A stretch of DNA of 28,442 bases from an uncultured cyanobacterium (GTDB lineage: Bacteria; Cyanobacteriota; Cyanobacteriia; PCC-6307; Cyanobiaceae): assembly GCA_903921295.1 (NCBI GenBank), contig CAIXOZ010000076.1, forward strand, positions 1 to 28,442. The letters run 5' to 3'. Below the pieces are notes generated by a model, which was not told where the DNA came from, made no database searches, and worked only from the letters and a program-made list of their open reading frames with translations. Positions within the stretch are counted from its first letter, which is position 1, and every line of letters begins with the position of its first letter. A program made the position numbers and the translations under genes. Shown here one piece after another: positions 9,853 through 18,801 of the stretch.

Positions 9853-10154
9853 CAGGAGGACTCCTTGGCAGGGCGATGGCGCGACTGGAACATCGCCAGC
9901 ATCCGGTCGGTGACCAGGAAGCCACCGATGACGTTGAACAGGGCGAAGCCGAGGGCGATCGCCCCCAGCAGCCGCAGGGACGGATCCGGTGTGGACCCGA
10001 TCAGGGCGAGGGCGGCGAGCATCGTGATGCCGCTGATCGCGTTGGCCCCCGACATCAGGGGGGTGTGCAGGGTGGGTGGCACCTTGCCGATCAGCTCAAG
10101 GCCGAGAAGGCTGCCGAGCAGCAGCACCCACAGGGATTCATGCAGGGCGCTCAT
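9852..10154 (-). CDS. pntA: NAD(P)+ transhydrogenase alpha subunit, part 2 (membrane)
   Basis: KVPPTLHTPLMSGANAISG and NVIGGFLVTDRMLAMF; 1-nt overlap with the pntB start. Confidence 0.95.
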   Translation of the reverse strand: MSALHESLWVLLLGSLLGLELIGKVPPTLHTPLMSGANAISGITMLAALALIGSTPDPSLRLLGAIALGFALFNVIGGFLVTDRMLAMFQSRHRPAKESS

Positions 10155-11311
10155 GCCACCACCTCCTGCTGCAGCGCCGCCGCCGGCCGGGGCTGAAGAT
10201 CCGAACGCCGCCAGCGACCGCCGTGGCCGATCAGCGCTGGATCCAGCAAGGGATCCTCCGGATCGACAGTGAGGGTGCCCTCGCGCAGCAACACCTCGAT
10301 CAACGCCAGAAGATTGCGGGCGTAGAGGGCACTGGCGTGCTGGGGCACCGTGGCCGGCAGATTGCCGGCCCCGATCAGCTGCACCCCCGCCACCTGCACC
10401 GGGCCATCGGCGCGACTGAGGGGGCAGTTGCCCCCCTGGGCCACCGCCAGATCGACCACGACCGCGCCGGGGCGCATCAGCGACAGCATCTCCTCCGTGA
10501 TCAGCACCGGCGCCGGCTGGCCAGGCACCTGGGCCGTGGTGATCACCACGTCGGCGTCCACCAGATGGGGAGCGAGCAGCTGGCGCTGGGCCTCGAGGAA
10601 CACCTCACCCGCCTGACGGGCATAGCCACCGCTTTCACCGGGCTTCTCCGGCAGTTCCGGCGGCTCGATGAAGCGGGCCCCGAGGGATTCCACCTGTTCC
10701 TTGACGGCAGGGCGCACATCGCTGACCTTGACCACTGCCCCGAGACGACGGGCGGTGGCCACAGCCTGAAGACCGGCAACGCCGGCACCGAGCACCACCA
10801 CCCGGGCGGGCTGCACGGTGCCGGCGGCGGTCATCAGCATCGGGAAGAAGCGATCGAGGGCCGCGGCCGCCAGCAGCACCGCCTTGTAGCCGGCGATGTT
10901 GGCCTGGGAGGAAAGGGCATCCATCGCCTGAGCGCGACTGATGCGGGGCAGCAGCTCAAGCGCCAGCAGCGAGACCTGGCGGGCGGCCAGGGTCTGCAGG
11001 GTGGGCGCGTGCCGATGGGGATCGAGCAGACCGAGCAGCAGGGCTCCCGGACGGAGCGCGGTGAGCGCCTCCTCGGAGGGAAGCTGCACCACCAGCACGG
11101 CATCGGCGCTGTGCCAGATCGCAGGATCGAGGCTCACCAGTCGGGCCCCCGCCTCCTCGTAGGCGGCATCGGCATGGCCGGCCGCCAGGCCGGCTCCAAG
11201 TTCGAGCAGGCACTCGCAACCGAGGGCTGTGAGTCGTTTCACCGTCTCCGGTGTGGCGGCCACCCGCCGCTCATCGGGGTGGCGTTCCGCCGGAATCAAC
11301 AGTCGGGTCAC
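10151..11311 (-). CDS. pntA: NAD(P)+ transhydrogenase alpha subunit, part 1 (NAD-binding domain I)
   Basis: ERRVAATPETVK, RISRAQAMDALSSQANIAGYKAV, VLGAGVAGLQA, DVVITTAQVPG, GGNC. GTG at 11311 (MTRLLIP); ATGA overlap with part 2. Confidence 0.94.
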   Translation of the reverse strand: MTRLLIPAERHPDERRVAATPETVKRLTALGCECLLELGAGLAAGHADAAYEEAGARLVSLDPAIWHSADAVLVVQLPSEEALTALRPGALLLGLLDPHRHAPTLQTLAARQVSLLALELLPRISRAQAMDALSSQANIAGYKAVLLAAAALDRFFPMLMTAAGTVQPARVVVLGAGVAGLQAVATARRLGAVVKVSDVRPAVKEQVESLGARFIEPPELPEKPGESGGYARQAGEVFLEAQRQLLAPHLVDADVVITTAQVPGQPAPVLITEEMLSLMRPGAVVVDLAVAQGGNCPLSRADGPVQVAGVQLIGAGNLPATVPQHASALYARNLLALIEVLLREGTLTVDPEDPLLDPALIGHGGRWRRSDLQPRPAAALQQEVVA

Positions 11312-11511
11312 AATGTCGGGCCGCCCATGGTGCGGTCTCCCTGAATGGAAACTTCTCCAGTGATTGACCCGCTCGCCCGGAAAGGCAACATCGATGGCGC
11401 TCATGTGAGCACACGGGGACAAAGAAGCGGATGCGCGCAACAAAGCGCAGAGGTTCACTTGCCAGTGGCGATCGATGCTGGCTAGGGCAGGACTGTTTCG
11501 CCCTTGTCCCC

Positions 11512-12093
11512 ATGGCCCTCACGGCCGTCGAATGTCCGGATGGCATCTGCCACAGCCACCACGGTGGGCATGCCATCGCCCGCGATGCCCTGCACCAGAA
11601 CCTGATCCAGCACGGTCCTGACTGGTGCGAGCGGGTGGCCGAACGGATCTACGAGATCTCCGTCGACACCTTCTGCCAGATGGTGATGCCCCATCTGCAG
11701 GAGCAGGGCTGGCAACGCCGGCACCTCGACTGGGAGTTCAAGCTCCATGACGGTGAGGCCGAGGCCGAGCGCACGCTGGTGGACGGCGCCATCAATGCGA
11801 TGGAAAGCTTCCTGCGCAGCTCCGAAGTGCAGCGCCTGTTCATCAAGGAGCTGGTGCAGGGCACCCTGGCAGAGGCGGAACAGAGCGACAGCCGCCGCGC
11901 CGCCGTGCGCCACCTGATCGAGCAGGAACTGCTCGTGGATCTGGAAGGACGGCGGGAAGACCTGATCCAGCGTCTGTGCGAACGCACCGAGGCCGACGGC
12001 AGCGTCGACCATCCGCGGGCCCGCCGCGTCGCCGAGGAAGCCCTCGACGAAGTGCATCACCTGTTGGTGAACCACGCCGAAGCCCTGGGCTGA
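11512..12093 (+). CDS. Conserved hypothetical protein with N-terminal ECPDGICHSHHGGH motif
   Basis: Acidic, helical, protein-like ORF from ATG 11512. I recall this family next to pntA in picocyanobacteria, often loosely labelled EF-1 guanine nucleotide exchange domain protein. Confidence 0.8.
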   Translation: MALTAVECPDGICHSHHGGHAIARDALHQNLIQHGPDWCERVAERIYEISVDTFCQMVMPHLQEQGWQRRHLDWEFKLHDGEAEAERTLVDGAINAMESFLRSSEVQRLFIKELVQGTLAEAEQSDSRRAAVRHLIEQELLVDLEGRREDLIQRLCERTEADGSVDHPRARRVAEEALDEVHHLLVNHAEALG

Positions 12094-12123
12094 AGCGAGC
12101 GCGTGCGGCGACCGGGTCAGGGC

Positions 12124-12789
12124 TCAGGTCGCCGCCAACCAGGACGAGAGTGCCAGCGGTGGCAGGGCCGGATCGCTGGTGACCTCAACGATGCGCCCCT
12201 CACTGGCGGAATCAGCCAGGGCATCAAGGCAGAGACGGGCCACGAGGCGTCGCGGAATGCTGCGACTCTGCTGCTGGCCGGCACCGGTCAGGCGCAACCC
12301 CTCCCGCTCGAGCCCCTGCTCACGTTCGCTGAGGCCACCGGGGCGCACGATCGTCCAGCGCAGGCCGCTCTGAGCCAGCCAACGCTCCCCGAGGCCCTTC
12401 CAGACCAGGATCAGGCCAAAGAGGTTGAGGGGATGGCGCCAGCGACCGGCGCAGAGGGAACTGACCAGCACCACCCGATCCAGTCCCACGGCCCGGGCGG
12501 CCGCCAGCTGGGTGCGCACGCCCAGGGCATCGACCCGCAGCGGTCCGGTGAGATCGACCGAGGGCCTGGCACCTGTGGCGATCACCAGGGCCTGACAGCC
12601 TGAAAGGGCTCGGTGCAGGACCTCGGTCTGGTCGAGATCAAGGCGAAGGATCTCGGCGCCCTCCAGACCCTGCGGCACCACCGACCCCGGCCTGATCAGG
12701 GCCCTCACCTGCCAGCCCCGCTGCAACGCTTCCTGAACCACACGCCAGCCGGTCTTTCCCGATGCCCCTGAGACCGCAAGCGTTGCCAT
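12124..12789 (-). CDS. Atypical SDR / NAD(P)H-binding oxidoreductase
   Basis: AVSGASGKTGWRVV Rossmann motif, LVSSLC, WTIVRPGGL, SIPRRLVA. Confidence 0.88.
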   Translation of the reverse strand: MATLAVSGASGKTGWRVVQEALQRGWQVRALIRPGSVVPQGLEGAEILRLDLDQTEVLHRALSGCQALVIATGARPSVDLTGPLRVDALGVRTQLAAARAVGLDRVVLVSSLCAGRWRHPLNLFGLILVWKGLGERWLAQSGLRWTIVRPGGLSEREQGLEREGLRLTGAGQQQSRSIPRRLVARLCLDALADSASEGRIVEVTSDPALPPLALSSWLAAT

Positions 12790-12825
12790 GACTCTGTCCT
12801 GCCGCCGAGCGGCCCGCTGACGCGA

Positions 12826-12839
12826 TCCTTTCTAAAGGA
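12826..12839. promoter_or_regulatory. Inverted repeat TCCTTT-CT-AAAGGA upstream of the SDR gene
   Basis: 6+6 bp perfect arms in AT-rich sequence about 37 bp upstream of the minus-strand ATG; function inferred only. Confidence 0.3.
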
Positions 12840-12859
12840 CGTACACGATGCAGAGGCTC

Positions 12860-13045
12860 TCAGAAGAGCGGCAGCAGTTCCCGATCGATCGCAAGACCGC
12901 TGAGGTGATCGCCCCGTTGATGCAGCAGCCGACCCCGCAGGATCAGCGGATCGATATCGCACTCAACCGCCAGAGCGCGCTCCAGCAGCGCCCTCTGATC
13001 ACCGACGGGTAAGGCAAAGAACAACGAATCAAACGGACGTTCCAT
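12860..13045 (-). CDS. Putative small hypothetical protein (61 aa, MERPFDSLFFALPVGDQRALLERALAVE...)
   Basis: Fills the gap between the SDR and the helicase; protein-like composition from ATG 13045. Confidence 0.45.
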   Translation of the reverse strand: MERPFDSLFFALPVGDQRALLERALAVECDIDPLILRGRLLHQRGDHLSGLAIDRELLPLF

Positions 13046-13166
13046 GGCAACGGTCACCTGGGACTGAAGGCTGAAGGCCCAAAAGGGTCCTGATGGCCGG
13101 ACCATAGAGACGCCGGACCGCCACCCCATAGGCGCAACCACTCATCTTCCGCATCTTCCCCGCACA

Positions 13167-14696
13167 ATGGCGTCCATGGGCCACCCCTCCTTCGACCTCG
13201 GCGCCCGCCGTCCGGCTCCCGGCCAGGACGCCCCCGGTGTCGAACCTGGGAACGGCACCGGCCACCCGCCGGAGCCGCGCCACGTGATGCAGCCGCGCCG
13301 ATGGCAGAGCCAGCTGATCCAGCTGCTGCGGGCACGGTTGCTCAATCCCGGCCCCCGCGGCCGGGATGTGCTGATCCATGCCGGCCCCGGTGCCGGCAAG
13401 ACCCTCGGGGCCCTGCTCGGCTTCAGCCGACTGAAAGCGGAAGGTCACCTGGATCATTTCCTGGTGTTCTGCCACCGCAGCTCCATCGCAGGCCAGTGGC
13501 GCAAGGCTGCGGAGCGGCTGGGGCTCGTGCTCGAAGAATGGGATCCTCAGAACCCTGACCGCCTGAACGAGGGGCAGCGCTGGGATGGGCTGCTGCTCAC
13601 CTACCAGAGTGCCGGCCGCCAGGGAGAGACCCTGGCCGAACAGCTCGCGACCCTGCCCCTGGGGCGCTGGCTGGCGATGGCCGATGAAGTGCACCACCTC
13701 GGCCTCGACCCTGAAGAACCGGACGCCACGGCCTGGGGCATGGCCTTCAGTCGGTTGACCGAATCGGCCGATCTGCGCCTCGGCCTGACCGGAACCCCGT
13801 TTCGGGCTGACAATCTGGCCTTCTGTGCCGCGCGGCGGGTGCAGGTTCAGGACGACGGGGTCTGGATGGAGCAGATCGCTCCGGACCTGAGCGTGGAGCC
13901 GCGTCAGCTGATCGTGGCCGGCGACGTGCGTCCGCTTGAGTTCCGCTTCCAGGACGGCTGGGTCGAACATGGACGCGACGATGGCGATCCGGACGCCGAG
14001 CAGTCGCCCCTGTCGGCCGAAGCCCGCGAAAGCTGGCGCGCCCGCAACCTGCGCCGGGCGATTCAGCCGGGAGATGGCAGCAGCATCGCCCTGCGGTTGC
14101 TGCTCAAGGCCCGCCAGCGCCTGGGCAAGGTGCGCCGTGATCATCCGCAGGCGGCTGGCCTGGTGATCGCCCGCGACATCAGCCATGCCCGTCGCATCGC
14201 CGGCCTGCTCGCCGACGAGGGCGACCGGGTCTCGCTGGTGCATTCCCAGGATCCCGATGCCGCCAGGAATCTGGCCGACTTTCAGGCCGGCGACGGCGAC
14301 TGGCTCGTGAGCATCGACATGTGCGCCGAAGGCTTCGATGCCCCACGGATCCGGGTGGTGGCCTACCTGACCACGGTGGTCACGCGCAGCCGCTTCGTGC
14401 AGGCGATCACCCGCGCCGTACGCCTCGATGGCAGCCGCTCCGAACTGGAGCCGATCCCACGCCAGCCATCCTTTGTGTTCGCCCCGGCCGATCCGCTGCT
14501 GATGGCCTACGCCCGAACCTGGTCCCTGAGCGAGCCTTACCTGATCCGACCGCGGGAGGCCGCCGAAGCGGGCGAGAACGTGAGCGGCACGGGGCGCGCC
14601 GGCAGCCTGCCGATGACCGCCATCGACGAACAGGCGGGGCGACTGATCCGGGTGCGCGGCCCGCAGCTGCCGGACTTCCTCAAACAAAGAGCCTGA
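13167..14696 (+). CDS. Superfamily II helicase-like ATPase (DEAD/DEAH-box, ResIII-like)
   Basis: Walker A GPGAGKT, motif II DEVH, LTGT, DMCAEGFDAP, QAITRAVR. True start may be ATG 13287. Confidence 0.88.
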   Translation: MASMGHPSFDLGARRPAPGQDAPGVEPGNGTGHPPEPRHVMQPRRWQSQLIQLLRARLLNPGPRGRDVLIHAGPGAGKTLGALLGFSRLKAEGHLDHFLVFCHRSSIAGQWRKAAERLGLVLEEWDPQNPDRLNEGQRWDGLLLTYQSAGRQGETLAEQLATLPLGRWLAMADEVHHLGLDPEEPDATAWGMAFSRLTESADLRLGLTGTPFRADNLAFCAARRVQVQDDGVWMEQIAPDLSVEPRQLIVAGDVRPLEFRFQDGWVEHGRDDGDPDAEQSPLSAEARESWRARNLRRAIQPGDGSSIALRLLLKARQRLGKVRRDHPQAAGLVIARDISHARRIAGLLADEGDRVSLVHSQDPDAARNLADFQAGDGDWLVSIDMCAEGFDAPRIRVVAYLTTVVTRSRFVQAITRAVRLDGSRSELEPIPRQPSFVFAPADPLLMAYARTWSLSEPYLIRPREAAEAGENVSGTGRAGSLPMTAIDEQAGRLIRVRGPQLPDFLKQRA

Positions 14697-14737
14697 ACGC
14701 AGAAAGGGTCGATTCGCCGTCGAGACAACAGCAAAGA

Positions 14738-14749
14738 TTGACCGGTCAA
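14738..14749. promoter_or_regulatory. Perfect 12-bp palindrome TTGACCGGTCAA (candidate operator)
   Basis: Read directly in the AT-rich intergenic gap about 95 bp upstream of ATG 14845. Confidence 0.35.
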
Positions 14750-14844
14750 ACCAACAAATGGTTCCAAAGCGTGCAGCAATGTGCGATCCGATACCCACAT
14801 CAGGCCGGCGACCGACCAATGTGGCGCCAGCGGAGGACAACCCG

Positions 14845-15123
14845 ATGGATGCCCTGGTGAAACGCCGACTGACCGTGGCCACATCCTGGGCCGTAGCCCG
14901 GGTCTCCACCCTCGACGATCTGCAGCATTACGAAGAGAGCTACGGACTGACCGAAGAGTTCCGTGAGTGGATCCTCTGCTTTGACGCGCACCCGGAATTA
15001 CTGGAAGATTGGGTACTGATGGTGCCTGAGACCGCTGCCCTGGAAGTCCTGCTCCGTCAAGCCAGCCACCCCGGCTCCGAACACAAGCGCAATCACAACA
15101 ACGACGATCTGCTGGAGATCTGA
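14845..15123 (+). CDS. Hypothetical protein (92 aa, MDALVKRRLTVATSWAVARV...)
   Basis: GGAGGA Shine-Dalgarno upstream of ATG 14845; protein-like sequence. Confidence 0.7.
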   Translation: MDALVKRRLTVATSWAVARVSTLDDLQHYEESYGLTEEFREWILCFDAHPELLEDWVLMVPETAALEVLLRQASHPGSEHKRNHNNDDLLEI

Positions 15124-15429
15124 AGCCTTCGAAATCAGAAGGAATTCTTAAGTCCTGAATCATTCTCTTCTTCGGATTGCAGTCAGATCTGACCCCATTC
15201 CGCCCGCCCGATTCGCCACCGGCCTGCGCCTCCACCGGCCTGCAACGCCACAACGCCTGACGCGACGATCAGCGCCGACCCCAGAAAGGGCGGCGCAAAG
15301 CCACGCATGACCCCTGAGACAGGGACTGCTCCTCGGGAGGCTGACATCGGCATGGCAGGCCATCCCGCCCGGGCCCCGACCGCCGGGTTGGCGCCCTAGG
15401 ATCAACTCATAGTCAGTCCGCTTAAGTCC

Positions 15430-16854
15430 ATGGAGGTCGCCCATCCCGTCGAGGCCAACGGCAGTGCTGCATCGAGCACGGATGGCATCGAGAACCTGGT
15501 GATCGTGGGCTCCGGCCCGGCCGGCTACACCGCCGCGATCTATGCGGCCAGGGCCAACCTCAACCCGATCGTGATCACCGGCTTCCAGCTGGGCGGCATC
15601 GCCGGCGGCCAGCTGATGACCACCACCCACGTGGAAAACTTCCCAGGCTTCCCCGATGGCATCCTCGGGCCTGATCTGATGGACCGGCTGCAGGCCCAGG
15701 CCGTGCGCTGGGGCACCCGCTTGATCGAGGCCGATGCCGAGGCGATCGACCTTTCCCAGCGCCCCTTCAAGGTGAGCGTTGAAGGCAGAACCCTTCGCAC
15801 CCACGCCCTGATCCTGGCCACCGGCGCCAGCGCGAATCGCCTCCACCTTGTCGGCGAGGACAGGCTCTGGAGCCGGGGCATCAGTGCCTGCGCCATCTGC
15901 GATGGCGCCACCCCCCAGTTCCGCAACGAGGAACTGGCCGTGATCGGCGGCGGTGATTCCGCCTGCGAAGAGGCTGTGTACCTCACCAAATACGGCAGCC
16001 ATGTGCACCTGATCGTGCGATCCGGAGCCCTGCGGGCCAGCAAGGCGATGGCCGATCGGGTGCTCGCCAACCCCTCGATCACGGTGCACTGGCATTGCCA
16101 GGCCGTGGAAGCACTGGGCAGCGACTGGCTGGATGGTCTGAAACTGGAGGCCACCGATGGCAGCGAGCAAGGGTCGGTGCTGGCGGTCCGCGGCCTGTTC
16201 TATGCGATCGGTCATACACCCAACACCCAGCTGGTGCAGGGGCAGCTCCCCCTCGATGGGCGTGGCTATCTGCAGACAGAACCCGGCCGACCGGAAACGG
16301 CGGTGGCCGGTGTGTTCGCCGCTGGAGATGTGGCCGACGCCGAATGGCGTCAGGGGGTGACCGCTGCCGGCAGCGGCTGTCAGGCCGCCTTGGCAGCCGA
16401 GCGCTGGCTGACCCACAACCAGCTGGCGGTGACCGTGAGCCGCGCCCCGGTGGATCCCGAACCGGCCCCAAGCCAGCCCGAAACGGCCACCAGCGATGCA
16501 GAAACCTTCGCCGCTGACGCCCGTTGGCAGAAGGGGAGCTACGCCCTTCGCAAGCTCTATCACGACAGCGACAGGCCGCTGCTGGTCATCTACACCTCCC
16601 CGACCTGCGGCCCGTGCCATGTGCTCAAGCCCCAGCTGAAACGGGTGCTCGATGAGCTCGATGGTCGGGCCCTCGGGATCGAAATTGACATCGAAGCCGA
16701 ACAGGAGATCGCTCAGCAGGCCGGAGTCACAGGGACCCCGACCCTGCAGCTGTTCAAGGACAAGGTCCTGGTGCAGCAATGGCGTGGTGTGCGCCAGCGC
16801 CGCGAGATCAAAGCGGCGATCGAGACCTGCCTCAATCCTGCGGTTCCAGCCTGA
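15430..16854 (+). CDS. trxB: NADPH-dependent thioredoxin reductase with C-terminal thioredoxin domain (NTRC-type)
   Basis: [55 protein letters not shown], plus a C-terminal Trx domain with CGPC. Confidence 0.95.
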   Translation: MEVAHPVEANGSAASSTDGIENLVIVGSGPAGYTAAIYAARANLNPIVITGFQLGGIAGGQLMTTTHVENFPGFPDGILGPDLMDRLQAQAVRWGTRLIEADAEAIDLSQRPFKVSVEGRTLRTHALILATGASANRLHLVGEDRLWSRGISACAICDGATPQFRNEELAVIGGGDSACEEAVYLTKYGSHVHLIVRSGALRASKAMADRVLANPSITVHWHCQAVEALGSDWLDGLKLEATDGSEQGSVLAVRGLFYAIGHTPNTQLVQGQLPLDGRGYLQTEPGRPETAVAGVFAAGDVADAEWRQGVTAAGSGCQAALAAERWLTHNQLAVTVSRAPVDPEPAPSQPETATSDAETFAADARWQKGSYALRKLYHDSDRPLLVIYTSPTCGPCHVLKPQLKRVLDELDGRALGIEIDIEAEQEIAQQAGVTGTPTLQLFKDKVLVQQWRGVRQRREIKAAIETCLNPAVPA

Positions 16855-16967
16855 TCAGCAGCAGCTCAGGGCTCGGTGGAGGCGCTCCACGCCCCCGCCA
16901 GTCCCCTGAGCCGCCAGCGCACATCCAGGACCGGGTGCCCCGCTCAGTGACGGCAGGAGCCGCCAGC

Positions 16968-17012
16968 GTCAACGGCGGCGCGGGCCGTCAGTGTCAACGG
17001 CGGCGCGGGCCG
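16968..17012. repeat. Exact 20-bp direct repeat GTCAACGGCGGCGCGGGCCG (16968-16987, 16993-17012)
   Basis: Read directly; the second copy holds the last codons and stop of infA. Confidence 0.9.
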
Positions 17013-17263
17013 CCGGGGCGGTTGCCGGCCGGACGAGGGCCGGTGGCTCCGGCATTGCGCTCACGGAAGGTGATCCTGCCGCGGGTGAGGTCGTAGGGCG
17101 AGATCTCCACGAGCACCTTGTCGCCCGCCAGAAGTTTGATCCGGTTCTTGGTGAGTTTGCCGGCGGCACGGCACAGGCACTGGTGACCGGCGGGCTGCTC
17201 AAGGGTGACGAGATAAAAGCCGTTGCCCTGCTCTTTTTCAATGATGCCGGAAGTGTCGATCAT
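16994..17263 (-). CDS. infA: Translation initiation factor IF-1
   Basis: MIDTSGIIEKEQGNGFYLVTL...AGKLTKNRIKLLAGDKVLVEISPYDLTRGRITFR with a basic C-terminal tail. Confidence 0.96.
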   Translation of the reverse strand: MIDTSGIIEKEQGNGFYLVTLEQPAGHQCLCRAAGKLTKNRIKLLAGDKVLVEISPYDLTRGRITFRERNAGATGPRPAGNRPGGPRRR

Positions 17264-17343
17264 GCGGGAGGTGCAGGCGGTGACGCCAGGAAATTCCAGA
17301 CTGCTGCCTCCACCTTAGGTTGTGCCCCAGATGCCCGAGGCTG

Positions 17344-17433
17344 ATGATCCTGCCGCCCCTCAGCCTTGATGTCGGCCTGCTGCTGATCTCCATCGGCGTC
17401 GTCAATCTCTGGCGGCAGCGCCGCCCCTCCTGA
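17344..17433 (+). CDS. Candidate small membrane protein MILPPLSLDVGLLLISIGVVNLWRQRRPS (29 aa)
   Basis: Hand-translated and below the track cutoff; one hydrophobic stretch plus basic tail; stop 25 bp before the pseudouridine synthase ATG. Confidence 0.4.
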   Translation: MILPPLSLDVGLLLISIGVVNLWRQRRPS

Positions 17434-17458
17434 TCACCAGCCAACGTCGCAGGAGGCC

Positions 17459-18130
17459 ATGGCCACCACGCTGCTCTTCCATAAGCCATATGGCGTTCTG
17501 AGCCAGTTCACCCCGGAACCGGGAAGCGCCTGGGATTGTCTGGCCAGCCACATCGATCAGCCCGGGGTCTATCCCGTCGGCAGGCTGGATGCCGACAGCG
17601 AAGGGCTGCTGCTGCTCACCGATTGCGGACGGCTCCAGCAGCGCCTCACCGATCCGGCCTGGGGCCACTGGCGGCGGTATTGGGTGCAGGTGGAAGGGGA
17701 GGCAGCGGCCAGACCCGAAGCGCTGGAGAGCCTGGGCCGGGGACTGATGATCCAGGGTCGGCGAACGCTGCCGGCCAGGGCCCACGTGCTGGACGATCCT
17801 GGCCTGCCGCCACGGACCCCGCCGATCCGCCATCGCCTGCAGGTACCGACCAGCTGGCTGGAAATCGAGCTGCGGGAAGGCCGCAACCGCCAGGTGCGAC
17901 GCATGACCGCCTCCGTGGGCCTACCGACCCTGCGCCTGCTTCGGGTGGCCATCGATCTGATGGATGACCTCCCTCCCCTGAACCTGGCGGGGCTGGAGCC
18001 GGGTCAGTGGCGAGGCGTGAGCGACCCGGAGGCGGAGCGGCTGGAGGCCGTGCTGCGCCGCGGCCGCAGATCCGGTCGCGGCGGCCGCGCCGGCGGCGGA
18101 AAGGGGGGCAGGGAGGGCGGCTGGGGATAG
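17459..18130 (+). CDS. rRNA pseudouridine synthase, RsuA/RluE family
   Basis: FHKPYGVLSQF, YPVGRLDADSEGLLLLT (catalytic Asp), ELREGRNRQVRRMTASVGLPTLRLLR; GGAGG upstream. Confidence 0.92.
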   Translation: MATTLLFHKPYGVLSQFTPEPGSAWDCLASHIDQPGVYPVGRLDADSEGLLLLTDCGRLQQRLTDPAWGHWRRYWVQVEGEAAARPEALESLGRGLMIQGRRTLPARAHVLDDPGLPPRTPPIRHRLQVPTSWLEIELREGRNRQVRRMTASVGLPTLRLLRVAIDLMDDLPPLNLAGLEPGQWRGVSDPEAERLEAVLRRGRRSGRGGRAGGGKGGREGGWG

Positions 18131-18585
18131 GGAGGCTTGGACACCGTGAGGTCGACGGGGTGCGGATCGGGGCGCTGATTCGTGCGGGGTTCGCGGCAGT
18201 GTTCGTGGCAATGCCCGGAGAACTGCGCCAGGGAACGCTGGTCGAGGGTGGCAGGGCGGCCGTGCGTTGCCGAGGAGACGATTCCCAGGAGCGTGTCAGC
18301 GGAACACCGATCCGGTGCACTGATGGCCACGGAATGGGAGTGGCGCCAGGGGGATGCCAGAGGTGCTCTGACCAGGCTTCGGCGAACCGAACAGGGAAGC
18401 GCTGAGCGCGATGGAGCAGGGGACTGGAACATCGCCATCCCCCACCGTCAGGAGATCGCGCCACGATTGTGGCGGTGGGGGATCGCAGGACGATCCTGGC
18501 TGTGGCATCCGGGCGACCACCAGGAACCTGCCCCCGGCGCCAGTGCCAAGGCAGCCGCAGACGGCAAAAGGCCAGGCTCCGAATC

Positions 18586-18801
18586 TCAGCCCAGCACCTG
18601 CTGGAGCTCCCGCACGGTCTGGAGCTGGCCGTAATAAAAATTGGCTCGCGATCGGCGATCAGGATCCTCGAGGCTGTCGAGGGCATCGAAGCCGATGCTC
18701 TGCCAGAGCTCATGGCCGCAGGCCCGGTTCACCTCCTCGATCGCCTCCTGCTCCAGGTGGCTCAGCCGCCGCTGAAGGTTCTTGATCTGGGCAACCGACA
18801 T
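18586..18801 (-). CDS. Hypothetical protein (71 aa, MSVAQIKNLQRRLSHLEQEA...ANFYYGQLQTVREL)
   Basis: Protein-like C-terminal part of track ORF 18586..19113 from ATG 18801; TACACT -10-like hexamer about 25 nt upstream. Confidence 0.72.
   Translation of the reverse strand: MSVAQIKNLQRRLSHLEQEAIEEVNRACGHELWQSIGFDALDSLEDPDRRSRANFYYGQLQTVRELQQVLG

Noticed and set aside
8428-10272. 614-aa plus-strand ORF opposite pntB/pntA (likewise 13029-14909, 15160-16779, 2217-3002, 10076-11344, 27211-28383)
   Set aside because: Antisense shadows of well-supported genes, expected at high GC.
18182-18634. Trp-rich plus-strand ORF (from 18323: MATEWEWRQGD...)
   Set aside because: Overlaps the 3' end of the better-supported 71-aa gene and has no recognisable motif; not supportable without homology.
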